Shown piece after piece: positions 49,195-62,356 of a stretch of 64,000 nt of DNA. The notes under the pieces were generated by a model, which was given only the letters and a program-made list of their open reading frames with translations, was not told where the DNA came from and searched no databases. Made by a program: the position numbers and the translations under genes. Location of the stretch: positions 54,996,001 through 55,060,000 of the forward strand of contig CM059432.1 in the NCBI GenBank assembly GCA_030390025.1, given 5' to 3'. This DNA comes from Squalus acanthias. Lineage: Eukaryota. The first letter of the stretch is position 1. Each line of letters begins with the position of its first letter.

Positions 49195-51400
49195 AACATA
49201 AGAACATAAGAAGCAGGAGTAGGCTATACCGGTCTCTCGAGCCTGCTCTGTCATTCAATAAGATGATGGCTGATCTTCAACCTCAACTCAATTTCCCGCC
49301 CGATCCCCATATCCTTTGATAACCCTAGAATCCAAAAATCTATCTATCTCAGCTTTGAGTATACTCAATGATTCAGCATCCACAGCCCTTTGGGGTAGAG
49401 AATTCCAAAGATTCACAACCCTCTGAGTGAAGAAATTCCTGTCCATCTCAGTCTTAAATGGCTGACCCCTTATCCCAAGACTATGCCCCCTAGCTCTAGA
49501 CTCTCTAGCCAGGGGAAACAACTTCTCGGCATCTACCCTGTCAACCCCCCTCAGAATCCTTTATGTTTCAATGAGATCACCTCTCATTCTTCTAAACTCC
49601 AGAGAGTATAGGCCCAATCTACTCAATCTCTCCTCATAGGACAACCCTCTCATCCCAGGAATCAATCTAGTGAACCTTCGTTGCACTGCCTCTAAGCAAG
49701 TATATCCTTCCCCAGATAAGGAGACCAAAACTGTGCACAGTACTCTAGGTGTGGTCTCACCAAAGCCCTGTACAATTGTAGCCAGACTTCCTTACTCTTG
49801 TACTCCAACCCTCTTGCAATAAAGGCCAACATGCCATTTGCCTTCCTGATTGCTTGCTGTACCTGCATGCTAACTCTCTGTGTTTCCTGGACGAGGACAC
49901 CTAAATCTCTCTGAACACCAACATTTGATACTTTCTCACCATTTGAAAAATATTCTGTTTTTCTATTCTTCCTACCAAAGTGAATAACCTCACATTTCCG
50001 CACATTATACTCCATCTGCCACCTTATTGCCCACTCACTTAGCCTGTCTATATCCCTTTGCCAGCTCTTTGTATCCTCCTGAGAGCATACTTTCCCACCT
50101 AGCTTTGTATCATCAGCTAACTAGGATACATTGCACTCGGTCCCTTCATCTGTAAATATCTGATGCCCAAGCACTGATCCTTGCGGCACCCCACTAGTTA
50201 CAGCCTGCCAACCGGAAAATGACCCGTTTATCCCTACTCTCCGTGTTCATAAAACCATGTTGACGCTGCCTAATCATATTATGATTTTCTAAGTGCCCTG
50301 TTACCACGTCCTTAATAATCGATTCCAGCATTTGCCCGACGACTGATGTCAGGCTAACTGCTTTCTCTCTCCCTCCTTTCTTGAATAGCAGGGTTACATT
50401 TTCTACCTTCCAATCTGTGGGGATCGTTCCAGAATTTAGGGTATTTTGGAAGATCACAACTAATACGCCCACTATCTCTGCAGCCACCTCTTTTAGAACT
50501 CTAGGATGCAGGCCATCAAGTCCAGGGGATTTGTCAGCTTTTAGTCCCATTAGTTTCTCAAGGACTTTTTCTCTACAGATATTAATTACTTTAAGTTCTT
50601 CACTCCCGTTAGCCCCTTGGTTCCCCACTATTTTTGTTGTGCTATTTGTGCCTTCTACTGTGAAGACAGATACAAAATATTTGTTTAAAGTCTCTGCCAT
50701 TTCCTTATTCCCCATTGTAATTTCTCCTGTCTCAGCCTCTAAGGGACCAATGCTTACTTTTGTTACTCTCTTCCTTTTTACATACTTGTAGAAGTTCTTA
50801 CAATTTTTTTTATGTTTCTTGCTAGTTTACTCTCATTCTATTTTCTCCCTTTTTATCAATTTTTTGGTCATTCTTTGCTAGTTTCTAAAGTTCTCCCAAT
50901 CATCAGGCTTACTACTATTCTTTGCAACATTATAAGCCTCCTCTTTTAATCTAATACTATCCTTAACTTCTTTAGTTGGCTACGGATGGATCATTTTTCC
51001 TGTGGAGTTTTTATTTTTCAGTGGAATGTATTTTCATTGAGAATTTTGGAATATTTCTATAAAAGTTTGCCACTGCTTATCATACCCTTTAATCTAATTT
51101 CTCACCTCTCATACCTACATAATTGGCTTTATTTAAGTTTAAGACTCTAGTTTTGGACTTAAGTATTTGACTCTCAAACCCAATGTGAAATTCCATCATA
51201 TTTTGATCACTCTTCCCCAGAGGATCCTTTACTATGAGATTACTAATTAACCCTGTCTCATTACACAATACAAGATCTAAAATAGCCTGTTCCCTGGTTG
51301 GTTCCATGACGTATTGTTCTAGGAAACTCGAATACATTCCATGAACTCGTTCTCCAGACTACCTTTGCCAATTTGATTTGCCCAGTCTATATGAAGATTA
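49195..51400 (-). mobile_element. CR1 LINE, 5'-truncated
   Basis: (TTCTTATG)n tail at ~49195-49212; ORF2 fragments [45 protein letters not shown]. Confidence 0.92.
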
Positions 51401-52067
51401 ACAGATTGTCCTTGTGGGAGCCAAAGAAAGATAACAGATCCTGGCTCCATAATCACAAGATAATAAATGAAGGTCAAAGTGATTCAGGAGACACATCTTC
51501 TAATGAAACTCTTAAGGCCCTGTGACAATTATTATAACGAGGAGCTATTTGTATACTATACTGTTATATTTTCAACAATTCATTTTGAGACCAAGCCTGG
51601 AAATTACTTTCAGTGATATTAGGGGACTAGCACTTATAGCATGCGTATGACATTTCTTTGGCCACTGATTTAACAGAAGTGTTAATCTGTTTAAAATAAG
51701 AACATAAGAAATAGGAGCAGGATTAGGACATTTGGCCCCTCGAGCCTGCTCCGCCATTCAATAAGATCATGGCTGATCTGATCTTGGCCTCAACTCCACT
51801 TTCCCGGCCGCTCCCCATAACCCTTGACTCCCCTGTAGCTCAAAAATCTGTCTGTCTCCGCCTTGAATATATTCAATGACTCCGCCTCCACAGCTCTCTG
51901 GGGTAAAGAAGTCCAAAGATTCATGACTCTCTGAGAGAAGAAATTCCTCCTCATCTCCGTTTTAAATGGGCAACCCCTTATTCTGAAACTATGCCCCCTA
52001 GTTCTAGATTCCCCCACGAGGGGAAACATCTTCCCTGCATCTTCCCTGTCAAGCCTTAGAATCTTAT

Positions 52068-52961
52068 GGGGGAGAAATTCAGTATCGCCCCATTTGGGGC
52101 GCAATTATCGGCCGGGCGCAAAGATTAGCGCCTGGCGCTAATTATCGCCACCGACTGCAAACTTGACTTTTATCGCCCCTGGAGGTGATTGCAGCGCTAT
52201 ATCAGGCGCTTCACACCTGTCTTAAGGCGCAAAGGCCGAGGAGCGAGGCGCTACCTCAGAGCGCTGGCGAAGCTCATGTAATGTCAGTCAGCAATGGAAC
52301 ACACACACAATGGCACGGGCCAGTTCTTAAAGGGGATGGTTAATCTTGCTTTCCATCCACATCCTGCTCATTGCAGCCTTGAATCTCGGCCTGGAGAGAC
52401 TTGCACATCAAATGTGCTGGAAAGAACAATGGAGAGTACCAGGCAAAGAGCTCAGAGTGCAGCCCCCACAGTCTCTGCTAAATCGATACAAGGAATGGCA
52501 AATCAAAATGAACCTGCAAAGTGCTGCTCAGTACCCAAAACTCCTTCACACAACGTTGAATCTCTCCAGAAGTCTCTCCCTCTCTCTCTCAGAATGCGTA
52601 GTTCAAAAATGGCACCAACAATAAAAGGCAGGAAGCGGTCACCTTTAAATAGCGCTCCCCCTTTCCCTTCATGACTGCAGAACGCTCCCCTCAACCTGTC
52701 GTTGCTAGCGTCAGGCGGTAAGGCAGGGGGCGCCACTCAATATCCGCTCCGGGGCGATACCGGGGCGTTGCACACTCGAGTGACGTCATGATCTGCCGGC
52801 GCAGGAGATCGTGGCGGTAGTGTTTAGCGCCTGCCGCAAAATGTCTAGTTAATTTCGCGAGCGGCGCAAACTTCGCCGCGCCTGGGCGCTAGATGCTTTG
52901 CGCCCCATTAGCGCCCTCTTAAGGCGCTAATGGGAGGCGCAACCAACTGAATTTTTCCCCC
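52068..52961. mobile_element. Harbinger-type non-autonomous transposon, copy 2
   Basis: TIRs GGGGGAGAAATTCAGT / ACTGAATTTTTCCCCC; TSD TAT; colinear with 9767-10654. Confidence 0.88.
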
Positions 52962-53442
52962 TATATGTTTCAATAAGGTCACCTCTCATTCTTCTAAACT
53001 CCAATGAGTATCGGCCCAAGCTGCTCAACCTTTCTTCATAAGACAACCCCTTTATCTCAGGAATTAATCTAGTGAACCTTCTCTGAACTGCCTCCAATGC
53101 AAGTATATCCCTCCTTAAATAAGGAGACCAAAACTGCATGCAGTACTCCAGATGTGGCCTCACCAGCGCCCTGTACAGTTGTAGCAAGACTTCCCTACTT
53201 TTATACTCCATCCCCCTTGCAATAAGGGCCAACATTCCATTTGCCTTCCTAATTACTTGCTGTACCTGCATGCTAACATGTTTGTGTTTCCATGTATGAG
53301 GACCCCCAGATCCCTCTGTATCGCAGCATTTTGTAGTCTCTCTCCATTTAAATAATAATTTGCTTTTTTATTCTTCCTACCAAAGTGGATAACCTCACAT
53401 TTTCCCACATTATACTACATCTGCCAAATTTTTGCCTACTCA

Positions 53443-53917
53443 GTGTCAGCTGTGGCTCAGTTGGTAGCACACTCGCCTCTGAGTCAGAAGGTTGTGGGTT
53501 TAAGTCCCACTCTAGGGACTTGAGCACATAAAGCTAGGCTGACACTCCAGTGCAATGCTGAGGGAGTGCTGCACTGTTGAAGGTGCCGTCTTTTGGATGA
53601 GACGTTAAACCGAGGCCCCGTCTGCTCTCCCAGGTGGATGTAAAAGATCCCATGGCACTATTTCGAAGAAGAGCAGGGGAGTTATCCCCGGTGTCCTGGT
53701 CAATATTTATCCCTCAACCAACATAACAAAAACAGATTATCTGGTCATTATCACATTGCTGTTTGTGGGAGCTTGCTGCGCGCAAATTGGCTGCTGCGTT
53801 TCCCACATTACAACAGTGACTACACTTCAAAAAGTACTTCATTGGTTGTAAAACACTTTGCGACGTCCGGTGGTTGTGAAAGGCACTATATAAATGCAAG
53901 TCTTTCTTTTTCTTTCA
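53443..53917 (+). mobile_element. Full-length tRNA-derived Deu-domain SINE (SacSINE1-like)
   Basis: A/B boxes; core GCCGTCTTTTGGATGAGACGTTAAACCGAGG...AAAGATCCCATGGCAC; (TTTC)n tail; TSD ACTCA. Confidence 0.85.
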
Positions 53918-54223
53918 CTCACTTAACCTATCTATATCCCTTTGCAGACTCTTTGGCCGCGATTTTATTAATGGAGGCAGGTTGAGGGCGGGCCCGCTGC
54001 TTGGCTGCTTTCGGACCCACTACCGGATGCTGCCGCCCAGCAGTTACGATTTTACCTTGATTGGCCTCGTTACGGCCGACGTGCGGGTCCCTCCAGGCAA
54101 TTGCTTGGAGCATGTCAGATTCTCGCCTCTGATGATGCGTTGTTTGAGTAAAAATTTAAAGGGGCCATGTCCCCTTTGCAAAAGCATTAGGTTTTTTCTC
54201 TTAAAGGTGCTGGCTGCTGCAGG

Positions 54224-54463
54224 AATGGCAGCCCCAAAAACTAAGGCTGCACGTAGGTTCAATGAGGGCTCCTTCCATGCTCTTGTGGAGGGAGTTAGAG
54301 GACGTCAGGAGCTCCTCTTCCCTGGAAACGGAAGGAGGAAGCCTCCTCAGCAAATCAAGGCAGCTTGACTGCAAATTGCTGAGGAGGTGAGTTCGAGGTC
54401 TGTGTGCAGATGCACCTAGGTTCAGTGTCGATAAAGGTTTAATGATCTACTAAGATCACCTAA
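54224..54463 (+). pseudogene. Harbinger Myb/SANT-like DNA-binding protein, first exon with stops
   Basis: MAAPKTKAARRFNEGSFHALVEGV...AA*LQIAEEV...*VQCR*RFNDL. Confidence 0.8.
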
Positions 54464-54670
54464 AGTGTGGCCTCTGTGTTCTGGGAAATGGAAGTTCAAG
54501 AGTGAGGGCTCAGGGCGAATTCCATGTAGAATGTTGGTGGTGATACTGAGCGCAAACCACCGTTTATTGGACAGATGATGCCTGGGGTTTTGAGAATATC
54601 GGACTTATATTCATCTCCATGTGCCAGCCACCTGTGGTTGAAGCGTAAGCTTACGCGAATCTGGCATGGA

Positions 54671-55877
54671 TCAGTGCATCCCTTGCCTGACGGCCAGCAA
54701 TGTGGTCGCCTGCTGCTGGATTGGCCACATCCGGCCCCGCAAGGTGCCGCTCCCCATACTCCTCTTCATCCTCCTCCCGTTTGCCTCCTCATCCTCATCC
54801 TCTTCCTCTGAGGAGGCTGTGTGCTGAGCCACTTGTTCATCTGGCAGCACTAAGCCGCGCTGCTGTGCGATGTTGTGCAGGGCACAGCAGACCACGCTGA
54901 TTCTGGACACCCTGGCTGGTGTATACTTGCAAGGCTGCTCCAGATCTGTCGAGGCATCGGAAGCGCATTTTGAGCAAGCCGATGGTTTGCTCGATGATGC
55001 TTCTGGTGGATATGTAACTCACATTGTAGCGCTCCTCAGCATCGTTTGATGGCCTCCTCATCTGTGTCATAAGTCACTTTTTCATGGGATAGCCCTTGTC
55101 GCCAAGAAGTCATCCGGAAAGTTGGTTTGGCGGATGGAAGAGCTGAGGCACAGTAGACTGGTGCAGGATGGAGGTGTCATGGCAACTGCCAGGGTACTTT
55201 GCGCAGACATGCATGATGATCTTCCTGTGGTTACACACCAGCTGGACGTTCAGGGAGTGGAAGCCCTTGCGGTTGACAAATACAGCTGGGTTGTGATAGG
55301 GGGCCCTAATGGCTACATGTGTGCAGTCGATGACGCCCTGCACCATTGGCAAGCCTGTCATATTAGCAAGGCCAACCGCACGCGCCATCACACTTGGGCC
55401 ATCCGTGTAGAAGTCGATGTAATTGTGCGCCTTTGCAAAGAGGGCATCGGTGACCTGCGTGATGCAGGTGTGTGCGGCCGACTGGGAGATGCCACTGATG
55501 TCTGCAAAGATGTTGAGTGCGGTGGTGACTTTGACAGCAACTGGTAAGGAGTGTCCACACGCTCCTCTGGGCACCAGGTGTTGGTGCAGCATTGTGCAGA
55601 TGTCAGCGACTATGTCTCTCGAAAGTCTCAGCCTCCTTTGGCACTGCTGCTCAGTCATGCCGAGGAAGCTGATCCTCTGCCTGTAAATCCTGTGTTGGGG
55701 GTATCTCCTGTGGCGAGGTGCAGGCCTGCGCTGAGGCCCTCTGCACTGTGCATCATCAGGTGGGTGAGGAGGAGGTTGACGCTCCTGGTGCTGCTGTTGT
55801 GGCTGGTTGTGGTGCTGCTGTGGCTGCTCTTCCTCCGAATCTGATGACCAGGATGAGGGGATATAAATGGTTCCCAT
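54671..55877 (-). pseudogene. Harbinger (HARBI1-family) DDE transposase, disrupted
   Basis: [64 protein letters not shown]. Confidence 0.92.
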
Positions 55878-57679
55878 CCCGTTGCTATAGATTTCATTTG
55901 AGACAAGAAGCTTGCAAGCGCACAGTTGAAGTGGCCTGAAATTATTCCAATCAGGTCACACTGCAGATGGCTGTCAGCTTGAACAGTCACAAGGTCAGTA
56001 GATTTGAAAAATCTTATCCCAAACCTCCAACAACAAAGTTGTTGCATTTCAATGTCAGCCATGTTACAGGAGCGCTTTTAAAGTGCTGCAGCAATGACTA
56101 CAAATCATGTCTTCCAGCAACTCGTCTCCTTGCAGCTGGCCTGTTTCTGACAAGATGGGAAACAGGAGCCAGAAGCATGAAAATGGGAAACCACTGTAAA
56201 AATAGGATTTGCAAAGCAGTTAACAGGCTGTTAACTACCAGTTCCACCGGTTCCAGTTGGGTCAGTTTAGGAGCGGCTGACCCGACACTCACGAAAATCG
56301 TGTGGGGGCGGGATGGAGGCGGCTTGGCAGTCTGAAGCCATTTTTTCCCATTTTCGCTGCCCACCCGCCTCCAAACCCGCCTCCTCAGGGCTATTAAAAT
56401 TGAGCCCTTTGTGCCCTCCTCACAACTTGCTTTCCCACCTATCTTTGTATCATCAGCAAATTTGGCTACAGTACACTCGGTCCCTTCATCTAAGTCATTC
56501 ATATAGATTGTAAATAGTTGAGGCCCCAGCACTGATCCCTATGGCACCCCACTAGTTACAGTTTGCCAACTTGAAAATGACCCATTTATCCCGACTCTCT
56601 GTTTTCTGTTAGTTAGCCAATCCTCTATCCATGTTAATATATTACCCCCAACCCCGTGAGCTCTTATCTTGTGCAGTAACCTTTTATGTGGCACCTTATC
56701 GAATGCCTTCTGGAAATCCAAATACAATACATCTAATGGTTCCCCTTTATCCACCCTGCTCGCTACATCCTCAAAGAACTTTAGTAAATTTGTTAAACAC
56801 GATTTCTCTTTCATAAAACCATGTTGACTCTGCTTGATTGTATTTTCTAAATGTCCTGCTATTACTTCCTTAATAATGGATTCCAGTATTTTCCCAATGA
56901 CAGATGTTAGGCTAACTGGCCTATAGTTTCCTGCTTTCTGTTTCCCTCCTTTCTTGAATAGGGGTGTTACATTTGCATTTTCCAATCCGCTGGGACCTCT
57001 CCAGAATCCAGGGAATTTTGGTAGATTACAACCAATGCATCCACTATCTCTGCAGCCACTTCTTTTAAGACCCTAGGATGCAGGGGACTTGTCAGCCTTC
57101 AGTCCCATTAGTTTGCCTAGTACTTTTTCTCCAGTGACAGTGATTGTTTTAAGTTGCTCCCTCCCTATAGCCCCTTGATTATCAATTATTATTGGGATGC
57201 TTTTAGTGTCTTCTACCGTGAAGACCGATACAAAATATTTGTTCAAAGTCTCTGCCATTTCCCTGTTTCCCATTATTAATTCCCCAGTCTCATCCTCTAA
57301 GGGACCAACGTTTACTTTAGCTACTCTCCTGCTTTTTATATACCTGTAGAAGCTTTTACTGTCTGTTTTTAGATTTTTTGCTAGTTTACACTCATAATCT
57401 ATCTTCTCCCTCTTTATTATTTTTTTAGTCATCCTTTGCTGGTTTCTAAAAATTTCCCAATCCTCTGGCCTACCACTAATCTTCGCAACATTTTATGCAT
57501 TTTCTTTCAATTTGATACCATCCTTAACTTCCTTAGTTAGCCACCTGTTAACTCATGCGTTAAAATAACAGACAAAAGAATGTTTAACAAACAAGTTTGT
57601 TTGTCCATTAATACTACCAACAGTGATTTCTAAGCTGAAAGTAGTATAGCAAGAAACAACGTGTCCTCTCATTGTCTCA

Positions 57680-58960
57680 ATCACTGATCACTTCCTTGTA
57701 TCCCTCACCAGCCACATCCCCCTACTGCGTTCCAGCCCCATTTATGCTCCCTGAAAAAAATTCTTGGCCAAGTAACTTACACTGCTCTTTTAAACTTCCA
57801 ACATTCTAGCCTTTGGCCCTCCATTCGCCACAATACTTCTGCAGCTGTTCATTTGCTCAACGACTCGCTCACCTCTACCTTTGATGTGCTTGTATCCAGT
57901 GAAACCTTTACTCTGTCCTAGCCTGATTGTTCCCCCTGGTCTGACCCCCATTTTGCTTCCTCAAGCCTAAGGGGCGCAGACCCGAGTGTCTTTAACACAC
58001 AACTGATTTAACTATCCATCACCAATCTGGTTAGACCACATCGAGCACTAGTGGGCCTTCCTGTCCTCTATCAAACAGCTTACTACTCCAGGATCATCCT
58101 GAAAAGCAAATATAATTCCAGCTTCTTTTCTGCACTACCAACACTCTCCTTCAACCTCTCTCCCCTGCTCCCTCCACCCTCGGCTCCAACAAAGTGCAAG
58201 GAGCTTATGGACTTCTTTGTCACTGAGAGTAAGACGATCCATTCAGCTGCGTCTGCCGCAACCCCCCTTCCCTTTGCCCACCAAGCCAAACCTCCCATAA
58301 GGTATCTCCTGCCCTAACCCTGAACCCGTGTCATTTTCTAATTTCTCTCCTATCTCATTCCATTCCCTCTCCAAGCTCATCTTGTCCATGAAACCCACCT
58401 CCTGCTGTCTTGACCCCATTCCCACTAAACTGCTGACCACCCAGCTTCCCTACATGGTCCCCATATTCACTCTACTCAGGTACTGTCCCCCTGTCTTTCA
58501 AAACCACTGTCATCAGCCCCTCCTTAAAAAAAACACCCTCAACCCTTGCGAACTTCTGCCCCACCTCCAACCTCCCCTTCCTCTTCAAAGTTCTTGAATG
58601 TGTTGCTACCACTGAAATCCATGCTCATCTTTCCTACAACTTCATGCTTGAATCTCTCCAATCAGGTTTCTGTTTCTGCCTCTGCAACAGCCCTGAAATA
58701 GTCCGAATCAAAGTCACAAATGACATCCTCTGACAGTGATCGTGGTACGCAATCCCTCCTCATTCTTCTTGACCTCTCTTCAGCCTTTGACATGGATGGC
58801 CACGCCATCCTCCGCCAATGCCTCTCCTCCGTTGTCCTACTCAGTGGAACTAGTCTTGCTTGGTTCCACTTTTACCTATTCAACCATAGCCATAGCATCT
58901 CCAGCAATGGCTGCCCCATTACCTCTGTAATCCCCCAAGGATCTATCCTTGGCCCCTACT
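57680..58960 (+). mobile_element. L2-clade LINE fragment, decayed
   Basis: SCCLDPIPTKLL, SLLILLDLSSAFD, IPQGSILGP. Confidence 0.8.
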
Positions 58961-59353
58961 AAAGAAACTTGGGCTTTCAACCTTGAAAACAGCGATTGAA
59001 AGATGATCTCATAGCATTTATGACATAATAAATAGTATAGAAAAGGCAAAAATGGAACACTGCTTCAAATTAAGTCAAAACAATGGGAGACTAACAAGAA
59101 GAATGGAACTGATATATATATGTAACATATATTGCAAGTGAAAAGTCAAAGTCCATTAATTTAAGATGTAAAGGGGATATGGGTGGAGCTCACAACTTTG
59201 CCGAATAAAGGATGCACAGAACTTGAAGCAGTTGATTATTCCCTTTAATAGTTTCATGTGGAGTGTAGGAGCCCAGTCTTTGCTTTTTTCTGTCTGTATT
59301 TGTTAATACCATGCTCCATTTTGTTGTATTGATTGAACTATTTGTTCTAGCAG

Positions 59354-59404
59354 ACGACTACAGTGAAGAAGAGGAGGTGCATTCAATGGGTTACAAGAGG
59401 TTTG
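59354..59404 (+). CDS. COLEC12: Collectin-12 coding exon 2 (51 nt): (D)DYSEEEEVHSMGYKRF(G)
   Basis: TTTGTTCTAGCAG| acceptor and |GTGAGT donor; the peptide matches the mammalian N-terminus as I recall it (MKDDFAEEEEVQSFGYKRFG), including the YKRF endocytosis motif. Confidence 0.9.
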
Positions 59405-60178
59405 GTGAGTACTGATTACCAACAAGGTTTGCAAAACTAATCACTTACAGACAGATTTGTTAAATGAATAAAGGCGCCACAGTATGTACAGAAAAAACAT
59501 TTAATTTGGCATTAACAGAACTGATTTTTTGAGGTGAGGATCATGTAATAAAGACCTCTCTACTGGAATACATCTAGTGCATTTTCCTGAGCATTATATT
59601 GGGTGTATCTGGAGAAGAGGGGATAGAGCTGATTGTAATTTAAGGAACATCACAGGAGAATACCTTTGGGAATGGTTCTGGGAATGGATTTGCTGAATCC
59701 TCTTCAAATCAAGTTTATAAAAGGTTTGTATTTCTAAGCAATATTAGAACGATGAACCTTACTGTCTAAATATATTTCAGAATTCAATATACCTCACATA
59801 AGTGGACAGTTCTTCTTGAAGTTAAGATTCTACTTTTACTATTCAATTATCTCCCTGGAAACATGTTCTGTTAAGGAGACATTGATTTTCTGGAAAAGTA
59901 TCTTTCCACGTGTTTATACACAAGGGACAGCATAATAATAAGATTGGTGCAATGTGCTATTGTGTCTACTGCTGCAAACTTCTTATTTTCAATAGTTCTA
60001 ATAAAATCTATGGTAATAATATAACAACCGCAGTGAAAAAGTTAATACAGAGGCTGATACTAAGTTTGACGTCGTGTCACAGTGGAGATTTAGGAGCATC
60101 CTAGTTTTCGCTATTCCAGGAGTGTGAGTTCGCCAAAAGTACCCTACCATTGGAAGTCTTATATACCTATTGTACATT

Positions 60179-60931
60179 GGCCCGGAATTTGCAGTCAGCG
60201 GCGAAGCGACGGCGTTCGCTGCTTACCTCGAAGAAAGCTGCCCACAAAGATCTCGCGATCTCTGTGACGAAAACTTTAGCTTTGTTGACCTTAATTTGAT
60301 TATAGCACTGTCAAAAAGAGATCCCCAGCATACATTAACAGTGATGTCATCAAGCTGTCTAAGCAGCCAATCGCATTGAAGAATTCTTTCAGCCAGCAAA
60401 CCAGGAAATAAAAAGCACTGATTATCATTCACTTTTAAAAAATTTTAGAGAGTGAAATAAAGATTGGGACATACACATGGGGTTAAGGTAGAAGCTGAAA
60501 TAGCATAAACAACTTAAAAAAAAGTTTTGATTATTTTAAAAATCTAGTAATTTTTATCATAATGGAGAAATTTGACATTCCACAAATATAAAATTAGTTT
60601 TCAGGGCCAGAAAGGTTGTTCAGCAGTCAATACGCTGTTAAAACCCCAGTTACACCTATTTCAACAAGGCTTAACTTTTTATGGGGTGTTTAACAGTAAT
60701 ATTAGAGTGAAAAGGGGAAGTTTTTGTCAGTTCATGTGATTTCACTGATTGCCGGCTATGGGGAGCTCCAAAACGCAGCCTGTGGCGGAGCAGGGAATGA
60801 CTGATGGCAACTTCTGGATTCCCGCGTTTATCTGCGCATGCACTAAATCCTGAAGTTACAATCAGTTTCAGAGGGGTAATGATGGCGAACACTGACAGTT
60901 TCACAGTCATTACCACCACAAAATCCGGGCC
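60179..60931. mobile_element. Harbinger-type MITE
   Basis: TIRs GGCCCGGAATTTG / CAAAATCCGGGCC; TSD ATT. Confidence 0.83.
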
Positions 60932-61849
60932 ATTATGTCATAGGTTAGGATTGGTAAACAAAGCCATGTGGTAAATTCTCATTTTTAACATTCCTGGCAC
61001 AGACCTTTATGCAATTTTAGTTAACTTAAAATGAATGGATAGGAAATCAGGCATGTGTGTTCAAATTCATGATATTTGCTGGGAGTGCTGAACATAAAAT
61101 TTACCCCCTCTAATTAATACCTGCTAAATGAACAATCTGTTTCTACAACATTTTATTCACTTATCTGGCGAATTCACATGTCAGGAGTTCACAGTGAAAT
61201 ACTAATAATTTAAGTTGCAGTTTCCTTGGGTGGTTTTAGTTGTGTATTTTTTGAAGATTGTCCAAGCATGCAACAATGAATGGTAGAATGTAAATGTTTC
61301 AGGGAAGAAATGCTGATTAAGAAGGCCTTTGGTATGCTCAGACAATGCCTCACTGCTTTTGCAGCTGCCTCATGTATCTCTGAAAAGATGGTCAAATAGT
61401 GACGGTGTACTACATGATGCACAACGTAGCCATTAATAGATGGATCACCGAGGATCAGCAGGCACCAGGGCCAAGGGAGGACAAAGAACGGCAACAACAT
61501 CTGCCTATTGAAAAATAAGGATAACTAGTAGCATGAGGACAGCAGCAACTGATCTCTGATCTGCTGCACTGCATTTGTCTAGTGATGTTGTCCCATCTGC
61601 TTGGCTGATGTTGCCCTGCACCTTACCAGTAACACATTCACATGGCCATTTGCTGATATACCTTGGTGTTTACAGAACAGGCAATGTGATGTTATAATTA
61701 GTGGCAACATTTATTTACTGTAATGTAAAAGGCCTAAATGTCTCTGTGCCTTTAACAGATCACATGTACAGAACTGTGATGTGAGAAAAGGTGTATTTAT
61801 GTGCAAAGATGAAAATTGATGCCACAAAGTGAAAGGGTGAAGTGTTTTA

Positions 61850-62356
61850 TGGTGGTGGCCTTCTCCTCGAACTGCTACAGTCCTCATAGTGATGGTGTCG
61901 GTAGGGAATTCCAGGATTTTTACCCAGTGACGATGAAGGAACAGTGGTATATCTCCAAAGTTAGTGTGACTTTGAGGGGTATTTGCATATAATGATGTTC
62001 CCATGAAGTTGTTACTCTTGGCCTTCCTGGCTTCAGAGGTCATGGGACTGCAAGGTGCTGTTGAAATAAGCTTTGCGAGTTGCTGCAGTGCATCCTGTAG
62101 ATAGTGTGAACTGCAGCCACAATGCACCAGTGATGGATATTGAGTGCAGCGACATGGCATCGATCAAACGGACCACTTTGTCCTATACAGTGCCGTGGTT
62201 CTTGATGCGGAGATGCCGGTGTTGGACTGGGGTGGACAAAAGTGAGAAGTCGCACAACACCAGGTTATAGTCCAACAGTTTTATTTGAAATCACAAGCTT
62301 TCGGAGCTGCTGCTCCTTCGTCTTGAGTGTTACTGCAGCTGCACCCATCCAGGCAA
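61850..62356 (-). mobile_element. Diverged 3' fragment of the 13232-16470 LINE family
   Basis: LNIHHWCIVAAVHTIYRMHCSN matches the C-terminus of ORF 15688-16404. Confidence 0.75.
62206..62320 (-). mobile_element. 115-bp Penelope-type terminal fragment with a truncated hammerhead
   Basis: TSD TCTTGA (62200-62205, 62321-62326); minus strand GACGA-A-GGAGC(AGCA)GCTCC-GAAAGCTT. Confidence 0.65.

Larger units (their letters stand above)
53955..56407. mobile_element. PIF/Harbinger DNA transposon with transposase and Myb-like genes
   Basis: Imperfect TIRs GGCCGCGATTTTA / TAAAATTGAGCCC; TSD TTT; two convergent genes. Confidence 0.9.
51695..57545 (-). mobile_element. CR1 LINE, 5'-truncated, with three nested insertions
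   Basis: (TTCTTATG)n tail at ~51700; ORF2 fragments 56539-56985, KFADDTKIGG, 52927-53271. Confidence 0.92.

Noticed and set aside
53443..53515. tRNA gene
   Set aside because: It is the tRNA-derived head of a SINE and continues into the Deu core and tail.
55110..55877. Host HARBI1 gene
   Set aside because: It lies between TIRs with a TSD inside a CR1 and has premature stops, so it is a transposon copy.
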